Of a DNA stretch of 64,000 bases, positions 37,308-51,370 are shown piece by piece (within the stretch, counting starts at the first letter, position 1; each line of letters opens with the position of its first letter). Below the pieces are notes generated by a model. It made no database searches. It worked only from the letters and a program-made list of their open reading frames with translations, and was not told where the DNA came from. Both the position numbers and the translations under genes were made by a program. Source of the stretch: Camelus ferus (lineage: Eukaryota); NCBI RefSeq assembly GCF_009834535.1, contig NC_045696.1, forward strand, positions 115,136,001-115,200,000, given 5' to 3'.

Positions 37308-38160
37308 TGGGCCTAGTAATACCTGAAGGATTGTAGCCAGAGGCATGATATAACAGGGCTTTAGATTTTGGAAAGATTCCTTTGACAGAATAATGGAGCA
37401 TTGGTTTTAATCTCTGCATCGGGACTGCAGGGAGATCCCAGAAGTGATCACAAGGGACTTGAAAATCTCACATGGCTCCACAGATGGTCTTCAAGTTTGA
37501 AAATTCTAAAAGGTCTCCAAATAGTCTCTTGTACACATTCATTCTAACCTCCTTTGAATGTACCAGATGATTTTATGATTAAAAAAGGCAAAGCCATTTA
37601 ACGGCATAATTGCATTTATAAGAACTTTTTTTTTTTTTGCCATGTATTTCCTCCATCGGATGATAGCTGCAGGGAAAACATTTACTCATTCAATATTTAA
37701 TAAGGATTTGCTATGTGCTAGAAACTTTTCTGGGCACTGGAGGCAAAACAATGAACAAAAGGAAATAAAATTCCCTGCCCTGTTGGAACTTACGTTCTAG
37801 TGGGGAGAGAGAGATAAAATAAGTTAAATAAGTAAAATGTTTCCTCAACTATCTAGGAATAAAATTTTACGTAGAAAAATAAAGGAAAGAAGCATGAGGA
37901 AAAATGTTGGCAGATCAGGGAAGGTTTCAATGAAAAGGTGAACTTTGAGTAATGTATTTTGGAAGCTGAGAAATCAAGTCAGGCAGGTATAAGGACAAAA
38001 ATAATCACAGGCAAGGGGAACAGCGAATGTAAGAGGTCTGAAGGAGGGCTGTCCTGACATGTGAGAGACATAACGGGAGGCCAGTGTGGCTGGAATGGTT
38101 AGGACGGGTAGAGAGTTGTAAGGGGGGGGGGGGAGCTTTCATTGGTGAGAGTGGTGGAGG

Positions 38161-38862
38161 TGGTGAAATGAAGGAGGACCCTAGGGGACCCACCCAGGAT
38201 GGAGCCCCCCTGCCACCCTATGTCCTCCACCTGCCTCTTGTTTGTACAGACTTTAGTCAAAGAATAAGTTTAATCAGAGAAATTAATAACTACAGAAACA
38301 AAAGGGAATAGTCAAGCAAAACAAAATAATAATTTAGCCATTAAGCAAAGTCAAGGGCCTTTAATTCCTCCTCAAAGGAATTATTCTGAGCCATATCCTT
38401 TGAGCTGTCGTGTAGAGACTGAAACCCCGACCAGGTGGAAGAAGTTAACTACCCAATGACTGACCAGACTGTAGCCATGACAAGCTGCCACAATTCTGAG
38501 AACTGGCCTCAAAGAAATAGGAACAAACGAACCCTGGAACTGAAGGTTACCTGTACTTAAAGCAATCAGGATGATGCTGATCAGACCACCTGCTCAGATC
38601 ACCACGTGACTAATTTGCAGGGTGACTGTCAGAGCTGTAGCCCCCTCCCTCTGCCTATAGGTACCTCTGAAACTCCCCTGTAAAAACTCTTGCCCACTGA
38701 TCAGTGGTGGTTGGAAGGGGAATAGTTGGCCTTTGGACAGGAGTCTGCCCTCCCCTGGTGGTTCCAGCCTTTGGAATAAAGCAGACTTTCCTTTCTACCA
38801 CACGTGTCTCTCTTCTCATTGGCTTTCAAGCAGTGAGCAGCTAGACCTGCATTTCGATAATG
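38161..38862 (+). mobile_element. ERV1-type solo LTR (family B) nested in L2
   Basis: ~700 bp with LTR-like U3 (AGACTTTAGTCAAAGAATAAGTTTAATCAGAG), AATAAA at 38775-38780 and U5-like CTTTCCTTTCTACCA; termini degenerate. Confidence 0.8.
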
Positions 38863-39745
38863 TGGGGATCTTAGAGGGAAATGATAAAGTAATCACTGTG
38901 TATAGGGGAGCTTGGGATATTATAAAACTCTTGATTTTGCTGTGAGATGGGAAGGAATGGACAGTTTCTGAGGAGGGGGCGTGTGTTTAAATAGTATCAT
39001 TCTGGCTGCTGTGTTGGGAATAACTTGAACATGGACCAGATGGAGGCAACGAACCCTATAAGGAAGCTATCAACATATTTCAACCAAGACATCATAGTGC
39101 ACTAACCAGGGGTGGTCACATCAGCGGTGGTGGGAAATGTGCATTTTAAAGCTAGAGTCAAGAGGATCTGCTGAGGGTGTGGGCTATTGAGGGTGATTGA
39201 AAGTCTCGGGGCTCAGATAGCTGGGCAGATGAAGCTTCCATTTCCTGAGGTAGACACGATGCTGAGAGGAGCAGATCTGAAGGCCAAATAAGAAGAGTTT
39301 GTGTTCAGATATATAAAGTTTGAAATGCCTGTAAGATATTCAGTGGAAACGTGGAGAAGGCAGCTGGTTGTCCTGAGTGTTAAGGTCTGGGCTCGAGATG
39401 TAAACGTGGGTGCTGTCAACATACAGATGATATTTAAAACATGGGACTGGAAGAGTTTGCCAATAAAATTAGTATTAATACCCTATAAATGGAAATTTAG
39501 TAAATTATAAGGACCGAACTCTGAGGGTTTTCAACATTTAGAGGCCATAGGATGAGGTTGAACCAACCAAGGAGAATAAGAAGGAGCAATCAGAGCAGTA
39601 GGAAGAAAACCAACACCTAAAATCCAAAGTGGAGGGTTCAGTAGGTCAAGTGACACAAGGACTGGACATTGTCTTTAGTGGTCTGAGCAAGAGAAGTTTC
39701 TAGAGTGTGGTGTGGGCGAAGACTTGGTTGTGGTAGGATTAAGAG

Positions 39746-40212
39746 CTATAAAGAAAAGAATGAAATAATGTCATTTGTAGCAACATGCATGGACCTAGAG
39801 ATGATCATACTAAGTGAAGTAAGTCAGACAGAGAAAGTCATATCATATGATATCACTTATATGTGGAATCTAAAAAAAAATGCTATAAATTCTATTTACA
39901 AACCAAAAATAGACTCACAGACAGAAAACAAACTATGGTTACCAAAGAGAAAAGGGTGGGGGAGGGGTCAATTAAGGGTGGGGATTAACAGACACACACT
40001 ACTATATATAAAATAGATAAAACAACAAGGACCTACTGTTTAGCACAGGGAACTATATTCAGTTTCTTTTAATAAGCTATACTGGAAAAGAATCTGAAAA
40101 GAAAATATGTACTTATATATATATGTAAATATATAACTGAATCATTTTGCTGTACACCTGAAACTAACATTGTAAATCAACTACACTTTAATAAAAAAAA
40201 TAATAAAAATAA
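39746..40212 (+). mobile_element. L1 3' end nested in L2
   Basis: KNEIMSFVATCMDLEMIILSEVSQTEK (L1 ORF2 tail), 3'UTR and A-rich tail; TSD TAAGAG at 39740-39745 and 40213-40218. Confidence 0.92.
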
Positions 40213-42712
40213 TAAGAGAGAATGGGAACAGGGATTTTGGAGACAGTAATTATATACAACCCTCTCAGGGAGCTTTGCTGTAAATGGAAGGAGAGAATTA
40301 AGTGTTACCTGGAGAAGGATGTTTGTCCAGGAACATTTTTGGCTTGTTCTTGTGTTTGAAGACATAATAACGTGTGTAAATGAACAGGACTGAGAGGGTA
40401 GGGAGGGGAATTTGATGATGCAGAAGAGAGAGGGGTGAGTGAAGGAGTGATGTCTGTGCAGACTTCAGGGCAGGGGCCAAGAGGAGAGACTGGCATTAGC
40501 TCAGATACAGGTCATGTATAGAAAGCAGGAGTGGTACCAGATATCGGCTCAGATGAGATTATGATGAGTTATGGTGTTTATCTCTTGTTGCCTCCATTTT
40601 CTCACTGAGATTTGAAGCAAGGCCATTGGCTCAGAGCTGGGCTGGGGAAGAGGTATTGGAAGTTTCAGGAGGAAGGAGGAAAAATAAAATATTTGCCTAA
40701 GAGAGGAGAGAGAGTGAGGGAGTGAGGAAAGGTCATTTGTTTCCTGGGCAGCAGGAAGGGCCCACTTGATCTTGAACTTATCCTGGGTTTAAATGGAGAG
40801 CAGGCATTATTTAATTTCTTTTCTTGCCCGGTTCGGCTGCATGAGTGGACCTGCAATGAGTAGGCCAAGTCGAAATGTAAGCACGGTGTCACAGTGTCAT
40901 TTAGTCAAGGGGATAAGGAAACCACAAAGGGCTGGGGACTTGAGGATGCGTGTGGGGGTGTTATAATGATTAAGGCGAGTAAAGACAGAAAAGCATGACC
41001 AGGGTGAAGGACTGAAAAGGTGTAAGATCAGCAGATTCTAGGTACTCATGGGATAAAAGATTGTTGGAGTTGGTGTCATCAGAGCGACCTGTCAATAATG
41101 GGGTTCGGAGGACAGGATGTTTGAAAGTGAGATGATGGTGAAATTGCGGTTGTTGTAAATGACAGGGTCTGGCCTATGACTGTGGGAAAGAGTAGCTGGA
41201 GGAGAGGGGAAGACAAGACGGCTGGAGGAGAGGAGGCCAAAGACCAGAGCCTCCAGGTAGCTGGACATGTTGGCTGTGGGTATTTTGAAATCATCACAAG
41301 GTGGGTCAGAAATAGAGTCAGAGTCAGTGGTAGAGAAATAAGAGCTGAAACCATGGAGAAAAGACAAGCGGCACCCTGGGGACAGCCGTGATAGTAACAG
41401 TGGTCGTGACAGTGATGGCTCTGTGTGGTGGGGAGAGTTTGAAGCTGAGGGTGAGGAGGGAGGATGCTCAGGGGATGGTGATAAGGAGAATGTGTACTCC
41501 GCCTCCATGCCCAGTGGTACAAGGAGGGTGGAAGAGAAAACAGCTGCCACATGAGAGGACACAGAGGAAGCAGTGCTGTCAGTGCCGAGACCATGAAAGG
41601 AGATGTCCCAGAAGAGGTTCGCAGGAGCACACACAGCTTGGGGGCTGCCGCTTGGCTCTGGGGCTATGGACCAACATAGGCCTGTAGTGGGGCCAACCTT
41701 TCTCTAGAATGGGACGTCCTTGTGCTCTGCTGGGGGAGTCCCTGGGGCCTTTGGGAAATGATTAGTATCCCACGTGTGTAGACGTGCCCTTGATGTCTGG
41801 CAGTGAAACAGAGGCGCCATCTTACTTTATGCGCTTGGATACTGTTAGTTTTTTCTCCCCTGGAGGCCCCAAGGTTGGTCAAGTTAGCATGGTGGGAAAG
41901 GGAAAGGGAAAGGAAATTCTTTTTATGTGGAAAAGTGATCTTTATTTTTAGAGAATCTGACACTGCTGGCAAATCGAAAATAGGAAGTGTGTGTCTGTGT
42001 CTTTGTGTGTGGTGGGTTGAGACTGAAAGCATCAAAGACATTTAGGAGTCCACTGCAATATTTCAGGAGATAAATAGAGAACAAATTAATTCACTGCCAG
42101 CAGAGGCTGGGAGGATATGATAGATTCAAGAAGTAAATCCATCTGGATTAAGTCAAGAAAACTCTATTTGCTAAGAGTAGATAAAGGCAAGCTAACAGGT
42201 CTTATGTATTTAGACAATAGTAAAATCCATGTTTTCAAGAGCTTATGTATTTGCAAACCTGAATAATCTTCATATGCTCTCTTTTCATTTCCTTTCCTTC
42301 TGCATGAAAATTTCACATTGGATTCCGATGTTTATAAAAATTTCTCCAAAGTCGAAGTTTTATCGCATAGAATTTTGCAGGAGTGTACACATTATTGAGA
42401 AGTCTCTTCCTTAAATCTGTATGTTTCTGTTATTTAAAATAACATCATTTCCTGGTGGTTTAAACCAAGCAGATGTGAAGATGTCACAGGCAGTACAAAC
42501 ACTGTAGGTTTGAAATCTGGGGATTAAAGTGACCTTGTATGTGAAGAAGTAAGACAGGAGAGACCAGGATCTCAACTAGCCAAAGGGCTGCCCTGGGGCA
42601 GTGGGTGAGGATCTCACTGGAGGACAGCTGGCAGAGATCCTGCTTCATAACGTGGGAGTTTCCTTTGGTTAAGTCTAGCATGTGGAAGTCTCTGAAAATC
42701 TATACAACCTTG

Positions 42713-42807
42713 GGAATAGGGTGTATAGCTAAATGGTAGAGCGCATGCTTAGCATGCATGAAGTCCTGGGTTTAATCCTCAGTACCTCCATTAAAAATAA
42801 AATTACT
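42713..42807 (+). mobile_element. Vic-1-like SINE (short form)
   Basis: GGGTGTATAGCTAAATGGTAGAGCGCATGCTTAGCATGCATGAAGTCCTGGGTTTAATCC; TSD ending TACAACCTTG on both sides. Confidence 0.9.
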
Positions 42808-43614
42808 AAAACTTTACAACCTTGAGTTTTATCATGCAAGAGTCATTTCTATTGAAAAAAAATCAGGAAGTGAGGAAACTGATGTCTTGGGAATAGAAAA
42901 AGAGGCTAAAGGAAGAGATTTTTGTTTGTTTGTTTTTATTTTTTTCCCAAGCAAGGCTAGGGAGGGGTGTAATAGTTACCTGAGAGAGTCCCCGTGTCTG
43001 AGGATGGAAAGTGAGCTGAGGGTTAGAGGGGCTTTCTGGAAACTCACAGGGACCACCATACTAGTGAGAAGTCTGTGCAGATGACTCTCAGTCATAAAAT
43101 CATAAAGGCATTGACCATTTGGTTGGACACAAAAAACACACAGTATACCTGCCTTTTAGTGTATTTCTTGCTTCGTCAAAGTAAAGTGAATTTACGTGCA
43201 TCATCCTTGCTAAAGGTGTGTGAGATCCTGAAGGAGATTGGAAATAAAAATAAATAGCCGGGTATCCATTACTAGTCATGTAAAATGTGTAATGTGTCAC
43301 TGACACGCATTGCATCTGTGGTCTGTGCATATTTTATTTTAAGAAATATGAAAGGAAGTATTGGGCCTGCAAGAGAATTAATCCCAGCTTTAATCCCAGA
43401 CTACCCATGTGGTTTCAAGTCTCTGACTATGGATTCTTCTACCACAGAAATTTGGGAAACAACCTTTGCCTTCAAGGAAAAGTTACTTTGTAATATGTAA
43501 GTCCTAGGAGGCCATTCTGATCCATATGTCGCTGTGTGTGTGTATGACTCTGTGTGTGTTTGTGTGTAACACACTCCAGATGTTTTAATCATTGGCTTAA
43601 TTAAATAATTATAT

Positions 43615-43775
43615 GGGGAGGGTATAGCTCAGGGGTAGAGTGTGTGCTAAGCATGCATGAGGTCCTGGGTTTAATCCCCAGTACCTCCGTTAAATTAATT
43701 AAGTAAGTAAATAAATAAACCTAGTTAACTCCCTCCCCTCAAATAAATAAATTAAAAAAAAAAAACAAAACCCAA
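43615..43775 (+). mobile_element. Vic-1-like SINE, full length
   Basis: GGGGAGGGTATAGCTCAGGGGTAGAG...GGTCCTGGGTTTAATCCCCAGTACCTCC with Pol III A/B boxes and A-rich tail. Confidence 0.92.
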
Positions 43776-45764
43776 AACAGTTTATTGTAAAAAGAGAAAA
43801 GAGCCAATATAAACTGTTATTGACACAGATCAGTTGAAATTCTTATACAATTAAATGTATTTTTTAATAATAGTTGGTGATGAAATATAAATGCTAGAAT
43901 TGAAGGGACTCAAACCATATTCTCTGATAAAATAATTTTTAACATTTAATACCAAAAAATCAATGACACAAAAAATGAAATGCAAAGGAAGGGGTAAAAG
44001 CATCTTTTAAAAAATTTCTAAGTAATATAAAACATGAATATCAAAATATTTCCATCCTCTGGGACTTGGAATGAACAATTTCTTGAAGAAAACTGGTAAA
44101 ATACGAATGTGGCTTAAATGTTCATGGATGGGAGGAGGCAAAGAGATGGGTTGGAACATTCAGGAATCCCCACTACATGAGAAGGTGTTAGTAATTTAGA
44201 GCAGTAGCATTAAGCCAAGAAACCTGGGTTTACCCGGGTTTATATCCTATTTCTGCCACTTAGGAGGTGCCATCCGGGCTAAGTTACTGTCCCTTCCCTA
44301 GAGGAAATAAAGGCTTCCTCATAGCGATGTTATAAGCATTGCATAAGCTTGCAAAATTCTTAGCTCAGTGCCTAGAACATAGTAAGTTTTCTGTTTACTG
44401 CTGCTGCCCACGTTGCTAACAGTAACCAAAGTTAACCCCAGGTGGCTTTCTTTTTTCTTTTTCACTTTATAATCACCAACGCTTTTAAGCTGATACTCAG
44501 GAGCTTTGGCCCCACATTGGAATTTCTCATGAATTTGGGAGTTAAGGGGAAGTCCAGCTGTTCCTTTGACAGATGTGGAAACTGAATCACAGAGGGGTGG
44601 TTGCTTTCCAAGGTTCCACATGCATTTAGTACCAGAGCCAGCGCTAAAAGCCAGCTGTCTGTTCCCAGCCCGGAGCTCCTCCACATCACCATGAAATAAG
44701 TGACTTTGGGTCATTTAAGCCCAGGCACACATATATAATCCTACTAACTCATTTCTCATCTTTTAAAATTTTAAAGAGCTGATCTGTCATCTTCTAAAAT
44801 TTGTGTTTTCTTCCCCAGTCTCGGAGGGCTGATGAGGGACTGAATGTTACTAAGTGGAAACGTTAACCAAGACACAGTTAAAGAGACCAGTACTTTCTCA
44901 GATGGTCTCACCTTCAGAAGAAATTTATAGCTGTGCTCAGCTCGGCTGGCCATGTCCTTTCCAAATGCGGGTCTCCCAAGGGAGCCCATTGTAGGTTTTA
45001 CCCAGATTAGCATACGCTCCTCTCATCTGCAGTCTTTTTTTTCTCTCTGGAGCATTGGGGGTTAAATGTTTTCTATATGTAAAGGGTTTTCCTTTTCAAG
45101 GTTCTAACAAACAAGCATTTGCAGTGTACTTAGGAGGTGTCATGATGGTGGTTGAATCTTAAAGATGATCTGCACTGACAATTGCTTCTTATTTAAAGCC
45201 TTCTTGTAATGGTCCTAACATTTCAGAATTAAACGGTACTTAACTGCACCATGAAATAGAAATGAAAGCTTGACTTCCTACTATATCAGAGGTCTGTAAA
45301 CAGCCCCACACCTGTGCACAATTTATAGTAAATCAAGCGTTCGAAGTTGTTTCATGTTGAATATTTTAAGTGACTGTAATAAAGGTAATGTGATTTGTAA
45401 GTCACATAATGAAGCCAGTCTAAATAGCAGTTATTAAAAAGAATAATAACTATTTAGCTACACATCTCTCTCCCCCGGCAGTGGGATTCAGATCATCAGC
45501 TTGCTCCATTTTTCTTTAAATAAAAACAAATACTCTTGGCAAATAAGGCCCACTCAGGTTTGCATCGCATTTCTGTTTTACTCTAGGAAAGCTAATGAAA
45601 GCCTTTGAACTTTGATTTTTATCAAACTTTTCAAATTGTCTCTGTGGATGTGTCTACACATACTGAGGAATACAGGCTGAGGCAGCCACTAAAGGAGGAG
45701 GGGAAAAATAAGCTGTCAGCTGTCGAAACCTGGTTTTGTCTCTGGTGTTAGAATCTATATTAGT

Positions 45765-45935
45765 GTCTATCTGTCACTGTTATCTATCCATCTTGATATC
45801 TGTCTATCTATCTATCCATCCATCCATCCATCCGTCCGTCTTTCTACCTGTCCATCTGTCTGTCTGTCTATCCATGCATCCATCCATCCATCTATCTATC
45901 TGTTTATCTATCTAACCCATTATTTATCTATCTAT
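45765..45935. repeat. Compound (TCTA)n/(TCCA)n/(TCTG)n tetranucleotide repeat
   Basis: Read directly. Confidence 0.92.
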
Positions 45936-47268
45936 CACCTACTTATGTAAATACTCCTCCCTCTGAAGTGGAATACTGGGGATTTGACCCTGCGAAGCCC
46001 ACAGTTGCCTTCCTGGCACAAGGTACATGCAGAACAATAGGTTTCTGGTTATCGGTCATATTATAATTAACTCTTTGACATCTAAAAAGATTAGAAACTA
46101 GATAAGCCCTACTGGTCCATGATCGCTTCTGATGATAAGACGATAAACCTAAAATTAGGACATGAATTTGAAAACATTTCCCTAGGGCCCCAAGTTCTGC
46201 CTCTAGTCAAGGTGCCAGCAATAGCTTCAAAAAGAGGCAGAGAATCTTCTTTTTTGTTTCCTCAAGTCCTGAATATGCTGTCACTCACGCAGAATTAATT
46301 TCTGGCCACGCTTTTCCATCAAAAGATAATACCTTTTTGTAGAAATATGTGGTCTTCCACTGACCCCAGTATAAGAAGTTAGAAGTGAGCTCTCAGAAGT
46401 TGCTTGTTTTTAAAGGGATGGATTGTATATTACATGAACTCACAATCTCAATCACACTGTTGGAAAAGAAAAGAAAAAAGTGGATTGCATGACAAGGAGC
46501 TTTGTGATAAGTCAAAGCATAATCATGTAAGGTTACGTGGCCCTCTGGGAGTCTGTTTTGTTTTTGTCCTGTGGCAAAAGTAAGGCGATTTCTCACTCAT
46601 TTCTAGTCCTGTCACCACTGAGTCACTATTTTAATAAGGACAAGTCATGTGGAAGTGAGTTAGACCCTTGGAGGGGGCAAAGCAGTGCATCAGAGGTTCC
46701 GCAGGGTGCGCGATGGTAAATTTCCACTTCCCACCCCCACCTTCTCCATCACTGGTCAAGTTAGGCTCTCTCTCGGGTGACTGAGCTCATCTGGGCACAA
46801 GTCCCAGGCTGAGGCTTTGGCAACCAGGGCTTGGGGTGGGAGCGGCAGGAACCGAACCACTGAGTACTGCTGTGGGGGAAGCACTGGGCCGTCTACAGAG
46901 TCAGACTGAAATGTGTGAGCGGAAGAGCAGGGTCCGCATCTAGTGCAGAGGGGCTGGACCACAGGAGGGCACGAGGGAGCGTGTGGATCTGAGGGGGCAG
47001 ATGGAGGCGGTGGAGCGCCGAGTGGGTTCTGCTTCTAGCACTGCCCTTACATGACCTCTGGCAGGTCTGATTCCCTCACCCTAATTTCCTCTGCTGTACA
47101 GTGAAGAGGTTGGCAGCATGACCTTTATGTTCTGTGCCGCCACTCCCTTGTCCACTTAGGAGGGAGAACCAGATTGCAAACTGATTGAAGGTCGCGGGAT
47201 CCTGGAGATCACTGAATTTTTAGCACATTAAAATTTACTTGTGATAAAGTTTCAAATTAGGTTCTAAT

Positions 47269-47357
47269 TCTTTTTTTTTTTTTTATTGAAGTATCGTCAG
47301 TTTATAATGTGTCAATTTCTGGTGTGTGGCGTCATGTCATGTATAAATACATACATT
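47269..47357 (-). mobile_element. L1 extreme 3' end
   Basis: Poly(T) followed by ATTGAAGTATCGTCAGTTTTATAATGTGTCAATTTCTGGTG. Confidence 0.8.
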
Positions 47358-48304
47358 CAGTAAATAAATAATATCAGATGTCGATAAAGACTGTGAGATA
47401 AAATAAAGTAAGGAGGGAAAGAGGATAAAGAGTGAAGAGTGACACTTAGGAGGAAGACAGGTAACCCAGTGGTGACAGTAAAGTGAGCTCAGAACTCTGC
47501 TGGAAGAACACACGTTGTCTGCCAGGCACCCAGGAAGTAGGGCTCTTAATCTGGAGTCTAGGCTTTAGTGTTGGCTTTTGGTAGGAAATTGCACTTGAGT
47601 AGAATCTTGTAGAACAGAAGGGAACGTCGATGGGTGACTGAGTAGGCAAACCAACCACAAACTGAATTTAAAAAGCTATGCAATGTCACCTCAAAAATAA
47701 GGACCGTTTGGTCCCAGGGAACTTATATGAAATTGGAAACCCTAGAAAACTCTATTCTAATTTCCATGTACATGCATTTCATCTTTTATGGTTGAGTATT
47801 GTTTTTATTTTAACTGCATATGGAGAAACGGTGCACAGTTTCTTTTCAGGGTTTGGGCTAGTAAGAGACCTGAGCAGGTAGAGCCACAGGAGGGCAGGTA
47901 TGGGCACCAGTGACAGATGGTGCAGTGCACAGGGCACGGAGCCTGAGGGGAGTTCGGCATGTGCAGTGACCTGAAAGGTGTACCTTCACAGCACCGGCGG
48001 GTGTCCGGCTTAGGGAACGAAGTGATGTGAGTTGGCCAAGCAGGAGTAGTGGCTAATTGCTGCGGAAGTGGCTGGGTTCAGTTTATGCCAGAGGTCAGAA
48101 AGAGGAGGAGCTACAAATAACAGATTTGGCCAACTCACCAGCCTGGAGCCTCTGGACCAGCAGGAAAAAGGACTGTCTACAGTACTGTCTTTACACAGGA
48201 GGATGTGTGTCCTAGATTTTTTCATGAGAGGGTACATAGCATAAGCTACTTTTGTAAGGCTGCAGTAACTTCTTTGTCATCTAAATAGTCTATTTTACAG
48301 ATGG

Positions 48305-48717
48305 TTATTGACAGTCAGGGGTTCAACAAGAAGCAGATGGCACACTAAATCTGCGTCATCGTGAGGAGCTTAGTAAAAGGACTATTTACAAATGCTGGGT
48401 AGGATTTAAGGAAACCAAAACCGTGCAGTGCCGTGTACAAGGAGAATGGTCATCTTTGAACTGTGTGGGCAGTGCTGCCTCGTAGGGGGTTTTGATAGAG
48501 GGACATGGAAAGTCAGTGGAGACCCATCAGGGAATAAAAGCCCATACTTAAAACTCGTTCTGCCTTCAGATCACTTGTCACTTCCCAATGACCAAAGCCA
48601 CCAGAAGCTAGAAGACGAAGGAGCCTGTGGGTGGATTCTGCATAGGTTAGCCTCTCAGGGCATAGAAAAGACTGGAGAATATGAGAGTACACAGAGAGGG
48701 GAAAAGAGCAAATGTCC
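48305..48717. mobile_element. Old ERVL/MaLR-type LTR remnant
   Basis: CAGTCAGGGGTTCAACAAGAAGCAGATGGCACACT...AAAAGGACTATTTACA...CCAGAAGCTAGAAG resembles old ERVL-class LTRs. Confidence 0.55.
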
Positions 48718-49469
48718 AGATCAGTTATTGAAGATATTTTTTCCTTTAGATCTGAAGGACATCCTTTTCAACATAAAACATTACAGGCAGTTGCGACAGA
48801 GATGATGTGGAACTGTTTTTGATTTCTCTCGTGTCCAGTTCAGTTGTGAAGTTAACATGTGTAGATCACTTGAGTATCCCAGCGTGATTTTTTTTGCATT
48901 ATATAATTTAAATAATCTTCTAAAGCTTCACAGCAATTCTCTACAGAAGACAAAGCTGAAATTCTTATTCAGCTTTTCCCTCCATTTTACATTCCAGCCA
49001 ACAAAGCTCAGAAAGGCCAAGTGAGTTACCGAATGTCACAAGGTCACAAAGCTTGGCAGAGCCAGAATGCACTCAGGCCTTGTGTCAGTCCAGCTGCTTT
49101 TTCATAATCCCTAAAGATGGTTAATCCAGGCTGTTACTTCTCAGAAAACGATTACTCAAAACTAATTTTTAAAATTAATCATGTGGTATAAATGCAGATC
49201 TATAAATATCAGCCCAGGCTTTTGGATCTGCGTAATCATTAGAGCCAAAGTTTACTCCTTCACTAGGGGTCGGGCTCTTTTTAGTTGTGTAGCATAAACT
49301 ATTTTTTCCTGACTTTTCCCTCAATCTGGAATACTTCTTCTCCAGAACGCACCTGGCTCCCTCCCTCACTTCTTTGTAGTCCTGCCCCAATGTCATGTTA
49401 CTAAGAGAGGATTTCCCTGACTACTTTATGCACCCCTCTGTGCCCCAAATCTGGCCCCATTAATCTCTA

Positions 49470-49834
49470 GCCCAGAAGAAACAGAAGTATAATATGACCC
49501 ACAAATACAAGCCACATAGGTCATTTAAAATTTTTGGTAGTCCCATTTAAAAAAAGCAAAAAGTGACAAGTAAAAATTAAATTAAATAATGCTTTTATTT
49601 AATATAATATACCCTAAATATGATCATTTCAGCATGTACTCAATATAAAAGATTCATGAGATATTCTATATTCCCTTTCTCATACCTAAGTGTTCAAAAT
49701 CTGGTACTTATGTGTAGGGTACATCTGGTAAATACACTGTCTTTGCACTTGGAACACACCCCAAAGTGAAGCAGCCACATTTTAAGTACTTAGTAACCAC
49801 GTGGGATTAGAGGCTACCATACTGGACAGTGCAG
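49470..49834. mobile_element. MER33-like hAT-Charlie DNA transposon
   Basis: AAGTATAATATGA...AGCCACATAGGTCATTTAAAATTTT...GGCTACCATACTGGACAGTGCAG. Confidence 0.8.
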
Positions 49835-49867
49835 CTTTATGCCTTTTACCCCACTTTACTTTTTAAA

Positions 49868-49913
49868 ATTATTATTATTGTTGTTGTTGTTGTTGTTGTT
49901 ATTATTATTATTA
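49868..49913. repeat. (TTA)n(TTG)n(TTA)n trinucleotide repeat
   Basis: Read directly. Confidence 0.92.
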
Positions 49914-51159
49914 TCCATTTCAGCGAGACCAAATGAGTTTCTTGGAACAGATCACAAAACTTACTACTATCAGAGCTAAAGATGGAGCTCAGCCTATCAC
50001 CTTTGACATACTATATGTCGATTTACCATCTTCCATCATGTACTTAGAAACTTTTTAAGGGCATGAACGTATGCAGAGTGATGTCTCGCCCAGAGTAAGC
50101 ACTCAGACCTGTTGGACCGACAGCACTCTGATGCAGCTGGTTCAGTTTCGCCCTCCAAGGGGAGGGGGCAGGGGCACCAGGAGACGGCCTCTCCCCAGAC
50201 CACAGGTGGCTGGTGAGTGGGTTTCCACCCACACGGGCTGCTCTTCAAGGACACCTGCTACTTGTAAGCTGTTCTAAACTGAACAAATACACGAACACAT
50301 TCATGAGATTGGTCAACTCTCACTTCCAAATGGTTTTCTCGTAATTTTACTTTGTTTCAAGTCATAGTGAAATAAAGAAAGGAATGTTACTGAGACACAA
50401 GCAGATGAATAAAATGATAACTTGAGGCCTTTAGAACTCTCCAGAGAGGACCGTCCCATGGCAGTGCCCTTACTCCCTTCAGATCCCTGTGATTGCACTC
50501 TCTCCCGATTTACCGGAAGGTTGACGAAGGAGTAGATGAGTTTTTCCTATGATAGAGCATTGTTTAGCAGAAGCTAAGTTCTCCTAATTTTATTGGCTGA
50601 TTCCCTGGAAATGCATCGCATGGGCTTGATAGACGATGATCAGGTGTTTAAAGAGTTGCAATCTGATGGATGTGGGCACGTGATGTGGACACAGCTATGC
50701 TGATTAGATCAGAAGGCCTCTTATTCATTGATTAAGTGATTTAAGAGAGAAATACTTACATGCTCTGAAAGGTGGCCACATTTACTGTCTCCTTTTCCCT
50801 CATACGAGCCCACTTCGACATGACTGTATAGAGTTACTATGTGCTGTCACAACGCGATGAATATTGTAACGACGACCAACGTGTGTTGTGTTTCCTCTGC
50901 ACCAGGTTTGTAAAGGACCAGGCACCATCTCAAACATCCTTAGGTAGGAGAGTTTACAGTGTCCATTCCACAGATAAAGTAACTGAGGCCAGGAGACATT
51001 CCATAATCCCCCAAGGTCTCATACCTGTTGTGTGCCAGTGCTCTGACTCGAAGGATCTGGATCGAAAGTCCATAATCAACCTTCCACCTGCCCCCCCTAT
51101 ATTTTAATCATCCAGGCCTCTGCCTCTCTACTCTGTGAAGACACTTCAGAGGAAGTGCA

Positions 51160-51370
51160 CTCTGGTGGCCTTGGAGCCAGACAGGTCCCCATTCAACTCT
51201 GACACTGATTCCTGTAGGAAATTGGGTGAAATGATTTCCCCGCTGAGAACCTCACTTCCCTCATTTGTAAAATGGGGCTATGATATAGCACTAGTAGATT
51301 AGGATGAAATGTCGTGCATCTCAGTTGCTTAGCAGAGTCTGGTGTTGAGAAGACGCACTCATGGCAAATA
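51160..51370 (+). mobile_element. MIR SINE
   Basis: TTGGAGCCAGACAG...CCTCACTTCCCTCATTTGTAAAATGGGG core. Confidence 0.75.

Larger units (their letters stand above)
37678..41640 (-). mobile_element. Long L2 LINE fossil (3' tail to endonuclease region) with nested LTR and L1
   Basis: L2 tail at 37678 (CATTTACTCATTCAATATTTAAT...GGCACTGGAGG). Minus-strand ORFs 41079-41634 contain PATLSHSHRPDPVIYNN...ISLSNILSSEPH, resembling the APE-endonuclease motif TH..GHTLDLVITNN...PLSDH. Confidence 0.8.

Noticed and set aside
29721..43700. tRNA genes (A/B-box, tRNA-like heads at 29721, 42713, 43615; also 18895 and 61082)
   Set aside because: Each has a SINE tail, degenerate stems and in some cases a TSD, so they are tRNA-derived SINEs.
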